From Podarcis liolepis (taxonomy: Eukaryota), in NCBI GenBank assembly GCA_965112155.1, contig OZ218104.1: a stretch of DNA of 64,000 nucleotides. One strand, 5' to 3'. The notes beneath the pieces are model-generated. The model saw nothing but the letters and a program-made list of their open reading frames with translations, was not told where the DNA came from and searched no databases. The translations under genes and the position numbers were made by a program. Below, piece after piece: positions 12,680 to 24,272 of the stretch (the first letter of the stretch is position 1; each line of letters starts with the position of its first letter).

Positions 12680-14505
12680 TATTTAAATAAATTAATACTA
12701 TATTGGGGCAGGGGGGATTGTGAGAGATTAAGGTGGCAGTTTACACCTGGAGTCAACCCTGGGCTAGAACTTTAGAAAGGGAGAGGAGGTTTGCTTCTTG
12801 ATGAGCAACTGGGAAGACTCTTGCCTCCATACTTTCTCTCCGGTCTCTCCACAACTGAAAGGGACTAGAGATTGTAAGAAGACTTAAGAATTAAAGGAAA
12901 GGTCCCTAAGATAAACCAAAATAGGTCACCCCTCAGGAGTCCACCTTTTTGTTACAACATCACTTCTATAGCCCTGATTCTTCCGAAGAACTCTGTGACT
13001 GTTGAGAGTTCTATTTAAGAAGCTGCTATCCTTTTCACTGCATAATAAAGGCTCTCCCACAGAGACAGAACAGGCAAAAGAAGTGTAGTGTAGATAATAA
13101 AATGGTAGCCATCATATATTTTTTTTAAAAAGATAAAGAACATATTTATGAAATGCCCAAATGAGCAATACTGATGCATTTTTGTTTTGTTCACAGGTGT
13201 GCAACTTGACCCAGGGGAAAGGGGAAAAAGAAGAAGAATCCTTTGCATTTAAATACCCAGTGAACACACACAGTACTCAAAGGCCCCTGGTTTGGAAGAC
13301 AATGACAATGTGACCTTTTGTTACTGCCCACTCGTGAGTTTTCGCCCTCCTAAGAGGAAGATCGTGCCAAAGAATAGCACTGACAAAAGACACTGGGTTT
13401 GTTGAATCCTGGGCTGCTGATATTTTGAAGGAAGCTTTTATCCAGCTGTTGGGAGACTGCCTTTCACTTAGCTTCAGGAGAACCAATTGCTCAGTGTGCA
13501 GAAAATCCCAGGTTCCCTCTCTGATATCTTCAATTAGAAGTCTTTCTGATACAGGGTCAGGAAATACCAGAACAGACAATACTGGGCTTAATTGGACCAA
13601 TGGGCATGAAATAGCTTTCTAAAATCAATTCCAGTGGATTATGTTACTGCTAGAACTGATTTTCATATACCTGAAGTTTCCTGGTGGTGTCTCCTGACAA
13701 CTGCATACACTCACATCTTGAACGGGTTGAGAAAGACGAGGTCTTCTGCTTTGCTTCTGGCAACTCTGGAAGCCATGCTGGCTGATTTGGGGCAACCGGA
13801 AGATTCCTTGTCAGGAAGCATAAACTGCCAGCATTTCCTTTCCACAAATGTCATCACAGTAGGTAAGTCAAACAGAGCTTTCTGTTGTATGCCTATAAAC
13901 TACCATTTGTCTGTGGAGAAGCAAAGACTGCCTCCAGGACTTATTTATGTGTAGATTGGGTGGCCTCCCGCCCAGGGGCGCCGACTTATAAAAAATATTG
14001 GGGGGGCCCATACCGGGGTCCTGCCGCTGGTTCGCTCGGGTAGCCGGGAGAACGCAGTTAGAGGTGGCGGTGTTGGGGAGAGACCCTCGCTCAGGGCACC
14101 ACTAGACTTGGCGGCCGGCGGCCTATCTGGGGGGGTTTGGAGCGTATTTCGGCGGAGCGATTGGGGAGGAGGGGGCTTGTTGCCGGATTCTTCAGCTGAG
14201 CCGGAGATCCGCTGCTGGGGGTCCCTGGGCCGAGTTGTGAGCACGGCCTGCTGAAGGGAGATCCAGCCGATTGCGCGACGGGGACGGCCGGGGCTCTCCG
14301 GCTAGGGCGCGCGGCTGGCTGGCTGGTGAGGGAGCAGGTGGGGAGGAGGCGGGGGTCCTCACTCTCTTAGGAAACGCACCCGTGCGCCCGATTGCCACGA
14401 AGTCCGAAGGGTGCGTGTGTGGAATTAAAAAGCAAAAACGAGATACGGGCAGGGCAGGCAAAGAGTTTTCTGCAAGAGGATGGAGGGCAGGTTGAAGAGA
14501 AAATC

Positions 14506-15520
14506 ACTCAGGATGAGACAGTCAAATCAGCCATGATAAAATGGGCTCAGGATATTGGGTATAACATCATGTTTGAGGACTGGGAAAGGTTATGGACCAC
14601 CGGAATGAAATTCACGGCATGTAATGCCTTGAAGGAAAATATTATGAAAATGATTTATAGGTGGTACATGACCCCAGTCAAGCTTGCAAAAATATATCAC
14701 CTGTCTGATAATAAATGTTGGAAATGTAAGGAGGCTGAAGGGACATTCTTTCACCTCTGGTGGACTTGTCCAAAAGTGAAGGCCTTCTGGGAAATGATCT
14801 ATAATGAGTTAAAAAAGGTATTTAAGTATACCTTTCCCAAGAAACCAGAGGCCTTCCTCTTGGGCATTGTTGGCCAGAAAGTGTTAAAGAAGGATAGAAC
14901 TTTCTTTATGTATGCAACTACAGCAGCAAGAATACTTATCGCAAAATATTGGAAGACACAAGATTTGCCCACACTGGAAGAGTGGCAGACGCAATTGATG
15001 GACTACATGGAACTGGCTGAAATGACTGGCAGAATCCGAGATTTGGGAGAAGAAACAACGGAAGAGGACTGGAAAAAATTTAAGGACTATTTACAAAAAC
15101 AATATAAGTTGTATGAATGTTAAAAATTTACACGATTCAGAAACTATAGCTTCAGCAATTAGATTTGGGAAACAGGAAATTATATTTTAAGTAAGAAAAG
15201 GTCAAAATCTAAGGTAATACTATGTTTAATTTAAGATATAAGTAACTGATGAAAAGTATGTTAAATTTAGAGGTATAGTATTTGAAAAGTACAAAATAAG
15301 GTACGAAACAAGGTAATAATTTGCTGATATCTTTATTATAAAGAATGCAGGGTAAGGGAGATGCGAGGAAGTCCAGTTAGTTATATAAAAAATGTGTTGA
15401 ATGGTTGGTTTTCTTTTCTTCTTTTTCTTTTTTTCTTTTTCTTGTTCTTTTACTTTTTTCTTCAGTGTATGTTTCTAACTTTGTATTTGAAAACTTAATA
15501 AAATATTTATTTTAAAAAAA
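14506..15520 (+). mobile_element. 5'-truncated L1-clade LINE (ORF2 C-terminus, 3' UTR, polyA)
   Basis: Open frame to 15123 with the CCHC motif CWKCKEAEGTFFHLWWTC; AATAAA and A tail; 12-bp TSD GAAGAGAAAATC (14494-14505, 15521-15532). Confidence 0.93.
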
Positions 15521-15532
15521 GAAGAGAAAATC

Positions 15533-16120
15533 CTTTCGCTTTTCTGGGGCGCAGGGAAGTCTCAGAGCCGGAGGTTGGGGAAGGGACCCCCTTTGCTCTG
15601 CCCTCTTCTCCCGTCTTAGATTCGCATGGGGGTCCCCGCCCGAGCTTGCCTGGCCACCGGGCCACACAAGGGCCGCGCTCTACGCGGCGCACCTTGCTAG
15701 CCGCGCAGCTGTCCTCCGCGGCTGCGGAGCGGCCCTGCGCCGGTGCCCAGCCCCTCTGGGCGCCCACTGCGCTGCCAATGACAAGCGGGCGACGTCGCGG
15801 GCGGGGAAGGCGTCGCTTTCTTTCCCGATTCTGCATCCTCCCAGTCTTCCAGCCCTTTTTTGGGTTGGAAGCTCGTCTCGTTCGCCCTTCTCCTTTCTTC
15901 ACCCTGCGCGCAATTTTCCTCCCTCGTCTCCCTCCCCATTTCTCCTTCCTTCCTTCCTTCCTTCCTGACTGACTGACTGACTGACGGGCTTGGGCTCGGG
16001 CTCAGGCTCGGGCTCGGGCTTCGGGTAGGGCTCGGGCTCGGGCTCGGGCTCGGGCAGCCACAGCGTCGGCGGATAACGGGCGCCCTATAAAAGCCGCAGA
16101 CGCGCCCACCGCCGCCCGAG
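15533..16120 (+). promoter_or_regulatory. Pol II promoter-like CpG-rich segment inside the hAT element
   Basis: CCAAT 15775-15779, palindrome GCGACGTCGC 15789-15798, GC box 15799-15806, TATAAAA 16086-16092, dense CpG. Activity is not shown by the sequence. Confidence 0.5.
15944..16053. repeat. (CCTT)n-(CTGA)n-(GGGCTC)n tandem arrays
   Basis: Read directly from the sequence. Confidence 0.9.
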
Positions 16121-18058
16121 ATTATTGGGGGGGCTGAGCCCCCCCAAACGAATTTTTGAGGGGGCTCGGGCCCCCTCAAGCCCCATGGAGTCGGCGCCTA
16201 TGCTCCCGCCATGTTCAGGTTGTCGAAGTGCCACAAATGACTTGTGTTAGTGTTCTGAGGGCTGATGGAGGGATGGTGCTGGTAATAATTTTAACTACAT
16301 TTGGGCTATCGACTTCTGTGGACATAATTGTAAAGCTGTTGCATTATACACTGTGGTTTTGTTTCATTCTTGCTTTTGGAGCTGGAAGGGAAACATTTCG
16401 TTCTGCTGTTGCACAAGAGGTTCCATGGTACTTTGTTTCCAGAAGAGATTCCATAAGCTTGGGGGGCAAGTGGAAGAACAATGTTGCATTTGGCTTTAAT
16501 TTTCTTTCTTGGTGCTCTATAGCACAAGGTATGAAATAGCACAGAAGATTCATTTTTCCACATGTGGAACTTTGTGTTTGGACTACAGTTCCCACCATCA
16601 CTGACCACTGGTCCTGCTAGCTAGGGATGATGGGTAGTTGTAGTCCAATAACAGCTGGAGAACCAAGGCCTTAACTCCATGTCCTTTTGCCTCACAAGCT
16701 GCAGCTGACTGATGTGAGATTGGGCCTTCTCAGATTAGATGCCCAGATTGTGGAAAGACCTCTCCAGACATCCTTTTTATGGGTGATTTGTGCTCATTGA
16801 TAGTATTGGGGTGGTCATATGTGATCTTGCTTTCAATACTGTTTGCACCTGCAAAAGTTTCAAGGTGGACATGCTGCTTTGTTCCCAGTTTGTGCATGTC
16901 CTACAACTTGCTTCAGAAATATTGTAAGCATTCCAAGTTTTTTTCCTTGTTCTTTTGTTGTCCTGTAGTGCAAAAGTGGTCCTCTGAACAGCAGTAATAT
17001 TGGTAACATTGGAGAATGATCACAGAACAACCAGTGAAGTGGAGTGGTGTGTGGAGGGTTCCTTTTGAGTTTTAGATGAGCTGTTATGACTTCTTTTTGC
17101 TGTGGGCACAGAATAATTTTAACCCCACCCCCCTTTAGCAGATTGGGAGTGTTTTCACTGATTCCATCTTGCACTTGGTTTTGATTGCAATTTTACTTAT
17201 TTTTGGACTATACTTCTTATCAGACATGTATTCATTATGTTAAGCTGCCTTTGGGATGGCAATTTAGGGCCTGAAAAGCAGAGTGTAAAAAGAAACAAGT
17301 GGGAACTGCAAGAAAAGGCTGCAACATGGAATGCTCTTCCATGATGTCCCATTCCATTCTCCCTCCCTGTTGGTTTTCTGTCTGAGTGTACTTAGTCCTG
17401 TGTGAGCTGCTTTGGGGGTTTGTTTGTTTTTGGGTGCTTCTGTATCTCTAAGGTTCCCCCAACCTTGCTGGTATCTCCCTCTTGTACATGGTTGGTGCAG
17501 TTTTGGATTGTGCAACTCACCCCGAAACAGAAGGAATGATCTCTCTCTATAGAGCGTGTTCTTATATAGAGTTGTATCCAGTGCTCATCCAGCTCTTGGC
17601 AAACCCATTAATGGCTGTGGCTAAATGAGACTCATTACATTCACTCTGTGTAGGACTGAGTTGGATACAACCCACAGGTATTTGTCTGTTTTTTTGTTCT
17701 TTTGCTTGTCTGATTAATGCATGGAGGCTATGATTTGTCTTGTGTTTCCAGACTAGTAGGTAGTAGTTTAGAGACTTTTTCTTACAGAGTGCATAAGAAT
17801 GGGAGCATATCTCTTCAGGGGGTTGACTATATAAACTGTTTTGGCCTATATGTGAGTGGACCTCAAGCTTGCTACCAACACTATAGGGTATTCACGCACC
17901 CACCCTTTCCTCCTGAGCTACATTCTGCCGGACTCCACCTTTCATAGCGACTGACTGAGGCATCTATTATTAGAGCAGATACAATATTTATGTCCACAGT
18001 GCTGTACTATGCTCCTATTGCTACCCAAGAAATCTGTTTTTGCTTGACTCTGTATGTA

Positions 18059-18097
<39 letters not shown>

Positions 18098-18855
18098 CTC
18101 CAGATGTTTGCAATAGGCTGACACAAAAATGTGAATTTCAAGCCACTTGCCTTAGAATTTAATAACCATTTAGTGCAGTCCTAATTATATCTGCTCTGAA
18201 GTAAACCACATGGTGTTCAGGTGAGCTTCCTCCCACATAAGAGGGTACAGGATTGTAATCTTATTCTTAGTTTCATGACAAGATTTGTGCCCAGTTCATT
18301 TCTGGTGTTCAGACTCTATGGCTGGATCTAATTGCCTTTTCAGATTAGAAGCTGGATGTGTTCTTCTGTCCTGTAGATCTATACCAAGACTACTCCTTGG
18401 TTTGTTGGGTTCCTATCCCCATGGAGTCCTCTACCTGATATCCTTTGGATAGAGAAATTTAGCCAGAAACAGCAGCGTTCATTAGCCCTGTCAAAGCCTG
18501 CAAGTCTGAGAAATGTAGAGGATCTGATTTAAAATGCTGTTTCTCTCCCTCTTAACTATGTTAAGATGAAATGGTGAATATGTTGATCTGGACACCATGG
18601 TTCTAAAAAATGCGGAACATGCTGCATAAGTACTTTTTTTGGAAAAGGGAAATTGTACACTTAAAGTTGTATGTTTTTTCACCAGCAAATCTAGCAATCT
18701 CAGCACCTCTGATCCATAACCCAGCTTCCTGGCATGCTACCTTTCTGTGGGCAGATTTTCAACCATGCAGCCTTCCAGCACTCCAATGTAATGCTATTTG
18801 AAATTGCATTTCTGAACATATAGCTTGGTTCTGAGTTCATATTCTGTGCAAATGT

Positions 18856-18903
<48 letters not shown>

Positions 18904-18905
18904 CA

Positions 18906-19159
18906 CAATCGTACCTCGGAAATCAAACGGAATCTATTCCGGAAGTCCGTTCAACTTCCAAAACATTCAGAAACCAAAGCGTTGCTTCTGATTGGCTGCA
19001 GGAAGCTCCTGCAGCCAATCAGAAGCTGCAGAAGCCCCGTCGGACATTTGGCTTCCAAAAATAGTTCGCAAACCAGAACAGTCACTTCTGGTTTTGTGAC
19101 ATTTGGGAGCCAAAACGTTTGGGAACTAAGCTGTTCCAAAACCAAGGTACTTGCGACTG
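18906..19159. mobile_element. Tigger/pogo-like MITE
   Basis: Degenerate TIRs CAATCGTACC.../...GACTG+TA and internal palindrome CTGATTGGCTGCAGGAAGCTCCTGCAGCCAATCAG. Confidence 0.8.
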
Positions 19160-19539
19160 TACTCTGTCTGTCTGTCTGTCTATTGGAGGTGTTGATGGAG
19201 TAGTTTGAGCAGTTAAGTCAACTGTAGTGTGACATGTCCAACTTGATCAGTTAGTTTTATCCCCAGGTTTTCTCATTTTGGCTGTGTGTGAATATGTTCC
19301 ATGCTAAAAGGGATGCTTCTAGCACCAACACTTTGGGTAACAGAGAAGCGGTGGTGTGTTTTGTTTTGGCTTCATTTTTGGAGGCTGGCAAATTTATCTT
19401 GCTGCGGTGGGGAGGTGGAATCCTGGGAAAACATCAACAATAAATAAACTTCAGGATATTTTCTTTCTTCCAAACAAGATTTTTAGTTGCTAAAAGCCTT
19501 CAGGTGGTGGCATGGGATTTTGCTTTCCCCCCTGTTCAG

Positions 19540-19559
19540 ATCCGCCTGGCCTTGAAAAA
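19540..19559 (+). other. Candidate 20-nt microexon
   Basis: TTTTGCTTTCCCCCCTGTTCAG|ATCCGCCTGGCCTTGAAAAA|GTAAGT: strong acceptor and consensus donor in unique sequence. Confidence 0.4.
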
Positions 19560-22361
19560 GTAAGTCAGTTAGCAAATAATGAAACTTGTTCTTGTTGAGA
19601 GATTTATCCGTTAGCTTCCTTCCTTGCTAAGTGTAGCAGGTAGCTGTGGATTCCTGTGGCCAGGAGTATGAGTTGGATTTTCATAGTACTTTCACCACGT
19701 CTGCTTAGTTTGGAATAGGGAACCTTTATTCTCATAAAGATCCACAGAAAAGTCAGTTGGGGGTCAGAGCTAATGGTCTATGGAGCTGGAGCCCAGGTGG
19801 GGCAGAATATATTCCTCTTTCAGCAAACCCTCTAAGTGGAGATGTTTAGGCCACTTGATATCTGCATTGGGTGTGAATTTATTACACACAGACACACACA
19901 ATTGGGTTAAATTGTACGCACACAGAGAGACATATACACATTCTGTTTTTATTAATGCAAATGTTTAAGCTTTTTTTGTTACATACACAATTGTTCTGTG
20001 TATGTTTTTACTACACTGCAAATCAATTCTGGATGCTTCGTGGGAAAAGATTCATGAATAAATAACAATAATATGAATTTTTATCTTGTAAGCTGCCTTT
20101 GAGTTTGCTTTTTTCATGAAGAGGAATGGGGGATATACATTTCTAAGTAATGAAAAATATGGAGCTGCAACTTGAGGACCAAGGCTGTACTTTGGTTAGT
20201 TCAGGCAACCCTGATGAGGCACATGTCAAAGATGTTTCTCTAATTGGCAGTGATTCATGGCAAATGGCCACTCTCTCTATATGAACAAATTCATAGGCCA
20301 TTGGCTCCTGAACACCTAACCCAAGAGATATTAAAGTTCTGCTGAAAAGCCGTTTATATTTTTTTTTTGCAAAAAGAAGAGGAGGAGGAAATGGGAATTT
20401 AGAGTTTGTGATGAGCTCTGCCTTGCTCCCAAGCAGGAAAACCAATAGACCAGTTTTGTGTGTGTGTGTCTGAGAGCAAGTGGGTAAGCGAGCCCTATTA
20501 ACATACTGCCCCTTTCCTTGCTTTAGACTGCCCTTCTCCATTTCTTTAAACAATGACAATACTTCCCTTTGAAGCTAACGGTCACCATGGAAACAGATTA
20601 CTAAAGGATGCAGCTAAGCATTGCCTTTAAAAAAGAAAGGGGGGGGGGGAAGCAAGTAAGCGCAGCCTTTGGTGCTGGGAGCGCAGCATCAGGTTTCTGG
20701 CCTTGGGCTTAATCTTGGCGTTCTGTGGAATGGGAAGAAATTGAATGTGCGTTGCGGAGCCGTTTATGAAAGTTTGCCATGCTTGGAAGGGGAGAGGGAG
20801 GGTGGCAAGCCATGATTTTGTTGCAGAGAAAGGCGCTGGGTTGTCAGATGTAATATTGCAACTCATGCTGGTTCAATTCTGGGGTTATCATTTCATGCAA
20901 GTTAACTCGGCGAAAAAGAAAGGACATTTCCCCTCTATTTCAACTCTGGTCTGCTTCTAGGCTTGCCTCAGCCACCTATGCTAGTGCTGTACTTTATTTG
21001 TGGAATATGAGAACCTCTGAGCATAAGCCCTCCAAGGGCCCCTATTTTCCAGGGACAGTCCCGGATTTACTGAAGCCATTCCAGTTTCTGATTTGATTCT
21101 GCTTTTCCTTAGGCCATCCCTGTTTTCGTCGGAGAAATGTTGGAGGGTATGTGAGCATGCGCAGACACCATCGCATTGCTAGGAATGCAGAACTCAGAAG
21201 GCTCATAGGGCACCTCCAGAGTATTTTTGCAGGAGGGAATCAGGCATATGCCAGAACTTCTAAAGTAGAATGAAAAGTCTTGGTCAGGGTCCAGAAACTG
21301 CTGTTTTTAGAGGGTGCAAGGTTTGTAGGCTTCTTAAGACACAAAGAGGGCAGCTCTGCACATTTTGTATCAGTTTTATACCAGTTGAACTGACAGAAGC
21401 TCCCCCCCCAGGACAGGACACGTTTCCTGGGACTAACAGTCTGGTGAGAGCCTAAGCTTCCTTTATGAAACTATAGTTCCCAGGGTTCCCAGGGAGACAA
21501 GTGATGACTCTTCAAACCATTTTAAGTGTGTGTTGTAGAAATGCCCCCTTGCTAATACAACAGCTACTCATGTTCCCTTCTGCAAGCTATTTTGCCCTCA
21601 TTATCTTACCCTATCATTGTTGCAGCCATAATTTTAGCAGGGTTTTTGTTTCTGCTCTCTGTGCATTGTGGCTGCCATCAACAGCAGTGTAACCCACTTT
21701 TGCTTTAAATGTTCCATAATGGAAATCGGTCTCTTCCTTTGCTGAATGGCTGTGATCCTACAAGTTCACACTGCTTATTTATTTTTACAAAAGCAAACTC
21801 GGAGTCCGACAGTAAGTGTGATAATAATCCCTTTCTAGAAGGAGGATTAGAAGAAGGGTCAGAAAGCCAACAAAACTTTGTATTATTGACACGGGAACAA
21901 GAGGCACGGAAACAAGATACATGGCACTGAGTATTGACAAAAACAACTGGGCCAATTCTTAGGAAGAGTGCCCTGCTTTGCTGATTCAGCCAGTGTGCTA
22001 AATCTGTTTGCTGAGGACTAAACAGAGCCTTCCTTTTCAGAAGAATTTCACCCAATTTTCCCCATTAGCAGAGCCTTTGTAATAATGATCCTCTCTGTCT
22101 TTTAAATTTATGCTCAGATGTAAATTGATTGGCAGATTACTTAAAATGCTAAGAAATAGTTCCCTGGGGAATACTGTATATTTAGTAGCATTTTTCATAG
22201 ATGATTTGTTGCAGAATACTGTGACGAACTGTACAGTATGTTTGTAGGAAGCTGCCTCATACCAGGGTCTTAGTCTGTTTGCCTGTCTAGGCTAGTCTTG
22301 TTTACTCTGAGTGGCAGAGACACTCCAAGCACCATCACCTGGTACCTGACCCTTGTAACTA

Positions 22362-22593
22362 CAGTGGTACCTTGGTTCTCAAACTTAATCCATTCCAGGA
22401 GTCTGTTCGACTCCCAAAAACCAAGGCACTGCTTCTGATTGGCTACAGGAGCTTCCTGCACTCAAGCAGAAGCTGCGTCAGACGTTCAGCTTCCGAAAAA
22501 CGTTCGCAAACCAGAACGCTTACTTCTGGGTTCGCGGTGTTCGGGAGCCAAAACGTATGAGTACCAAGGCATTTGAGAACCAAGGTATGACTG
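22362..22593. mobile_element. Tigger/pogo-like MITE
   Basis: TA+CAGTGGTACCTTGGTTCTCAAA ... TTTGAGAACCAAGGTATGACTG+TA. Confidence 0.88.
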
Positions 22594-22662
22594 TAGAGAT
22601 GTTGGGGATTAAACCTGGCATTCTTTGCTAGCCCAACCGTAGGATTAAGCTGCTGGTGCAGA

Positions 22663-23130
22663 TTGTTGTTGTTGTTGTTTAGTCGTTTAGTCGTGTCTGA
22701 CTCTTCGTGACCCCATGGACCAGAGCACGCCAGGCACTCCTGTCTCCCACTGCCTCCCGCAGTTTGGTCAGACTCATGCTGGTAGCTTCGAGAACACTGT
22801 CTAACCATCTCGTCCTCTGTCATCCCCTTCTCCTTGTGCCCTCCGTCTTTCCCAACATCAGGGTCTTTTCCAGGGAGTCTTCTCTTCTCATGAGGTGGTC
22901 AAAGTTTTGGAGCCTCAGCTTCAGGATCTGTTCTTCCAGTGAGCACTCAGGGCTGATTTCCTTAAGAATGGATACATTTGTTCTTCTTGCAGTCAATGGG
23001 ACTCTCAAGAGTTTCCTCCAGCACCATAATTCAAAAGCATCAATTCTTTGGTGATCAGCCTTCTTTATGGTCCAGCTCTCACTTTCATACATCACTACTG
23101 GGAAAACCATGGCTTTAACTATATGGACCA
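22663..23130 (-). mobile_element. BovB (RTE) LINE 3' fragment
   Basis: KAMVFPVVMYESESWTIKKADHQRIDAFELWCWRKLLRVP...LEKTLMLGK, BovB 3' UTR and (CAA)n tail. Confidence 0.95.
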
Positions 23131-23384
23131 CATCTGGTATATAATGCGTGGATTCAAGCCCAGTTACAGTATTTGATTTGAAAGTTTGAAAACTGAAAAG
23201 TAGGTAATTAGACATCTGGGCTATTGAGAGTTCCTGCTGCTGTTGAGAGTAGACCACAACTCCTCAACCTGATTGACTTGCCAGCAGTCCCATCCATGAT
23301 GGGTGGTGGTCAGAAAGATGGGAATTGGTAGTCCAGGAACACCTGGAGGGCACCTGGTTGGGAAGGCTGGAGCAGGCTTAAGAT

Positions 23385-23578
23385 AGCTTGTGTCGTGTAG
23401 TGGATTGAGTTTTGGGCTGGGATCCCGGGTTCAAATCCTCACTCGGCCATGAAAGCTCACTTATCACCCTTGGTCTCTCTGCCCAACCTACCTCACCAGG
23501 TTCTTATGAGGATAATGTGGGAAGAGGGGAAATTGTGTACACCAGCTTGAGCTCCTTGGAGGAAAGATAGGACATATC
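23385..23578 (+). mobile_element. tRNA/CORE-type SINE with L2-like tail (Squam-like)
   Basis: GTGTAGTGG...GGTTCAAATCC B box; CCTACCTCAC...GAGCTCCTTGGAGGAAAG tail. Antisense homologue at 42068-42769. Confidence 0.7.
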
Positions 23579-23599
23579 TTTAGGTGCTGGTTGAATACA

Positions 23600-23961
23600 T
23601 TTCTCTTCAACCAGGCATTGGGCTGACTGACATTCTATGGCTATGCTAATCATCCGCATACTATCCCTTGCTTTTTCCTGTAGGACTAATTGCAGTCGTT
23701 AACAGTCGTCAACAGGTTTACCATACCCATTGAGTCAATCACCCATCTCCTACTACCCTCCTGAGAAAAACCCCACCCCACCTTCCCACTATATATATAA
23801 GGGTCTGGTGACTTCTGTTTCAGTGTATCTGAAGAAGTGTGTACACACACGAAAGCTCATACCAAGAACAAACTTAGTTGGTCTCTAAGGTGCTACTGGG
23901 CATTTTTTAATTTTTTAAATATATATTTTGACTGCTTCAGATCAACACGGCTACCTACCTG
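23600..23961 (+). mobile_element. Penelope-like element 3' end (pLTR)
   Basis: Contains a minimal hammerhead core followed by TTAGTTGGTCTCTAAGGTGCTAC...AACACGGCTACC, typical of reptile PLE ends. Left boundary approximate. Confidence 0.75.
23825..23862 (+). ncRNA. Minimal type I hammerhead ribozyme motif
   Basis: GTAT-CTGAAGA-AGTGTGTACACACAC-GAAA-GC-TC-ATAC: intact CUGANGA/GAAA/UH core, stem I GTAT/ATAC, stem II GTGTG/CACAC. Confidence 0.75.
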
Positions 23962-24117
23962 ATTCCATGGCTTTTAAAACATGTTTGTGAGAGTGGGGAT
24001 TATTGATTTGTTTTGGTTTTTGCTTTATTATGTAGTATGCATTTTGTGTTCTCATTTTGTATTTTTGTGTTGTGAACCGCCCTGTGATCATTGGATGAAG
24101 GGCAGTATTCAAATTTA

Positions 24118-24166
<49 letters not shown>

Positions 24167-24272
24167 GAACAATATAAATGCAATAATAGATAAATCAAAG
24201 CACGTTCCCTACCCTATCCCATTCTAGTGTTCGTTCCTTGCACTTCAGGGACATCAGCTTCAGGTTTCTTTT

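Larger units (their letters stand above)
13973..16202. mobile_element. Non-autonomous hAT transposon carrying CpG-island/promoter-like cargo, with a nested L1
   Basis: TIRs CAGGGGCGCCGACT (13973-13986) and AGTCGGCGCCTATG (16189-16202) match at 12/14. Perfect 8-bp TSD CTCCCGCC (13965-13972, 16203-16210). No transposase ORF. Confidence 0.88.

Noticed and set aside
13197-13333. Coding exon between the TTCACAG acceptor and the GTGAGT donor
   Set aside because: Stops in all three frames; it could only be non-coding and has no other support.
14392-15123. 243-aa ORF as a host gene
   Set aside because: It is an L1 ORF2 C-terminus bounded by a TSD and polyA, with a non-ATG start in unrelated sequence.
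15507-16179. Arg/Pro/Ser-rich ORFs (e.g. SPSPSP)
   Set aside because: Products of high GC content and the (GGGCTC)n repeat; no recognisable domain.
13973-16202. Native CpG-island promoter of a host gene
   Set aside because: Its boundaries coincide exactly with hAT TIRs and an 8-bp TSD, so it is better explained as an insertion.
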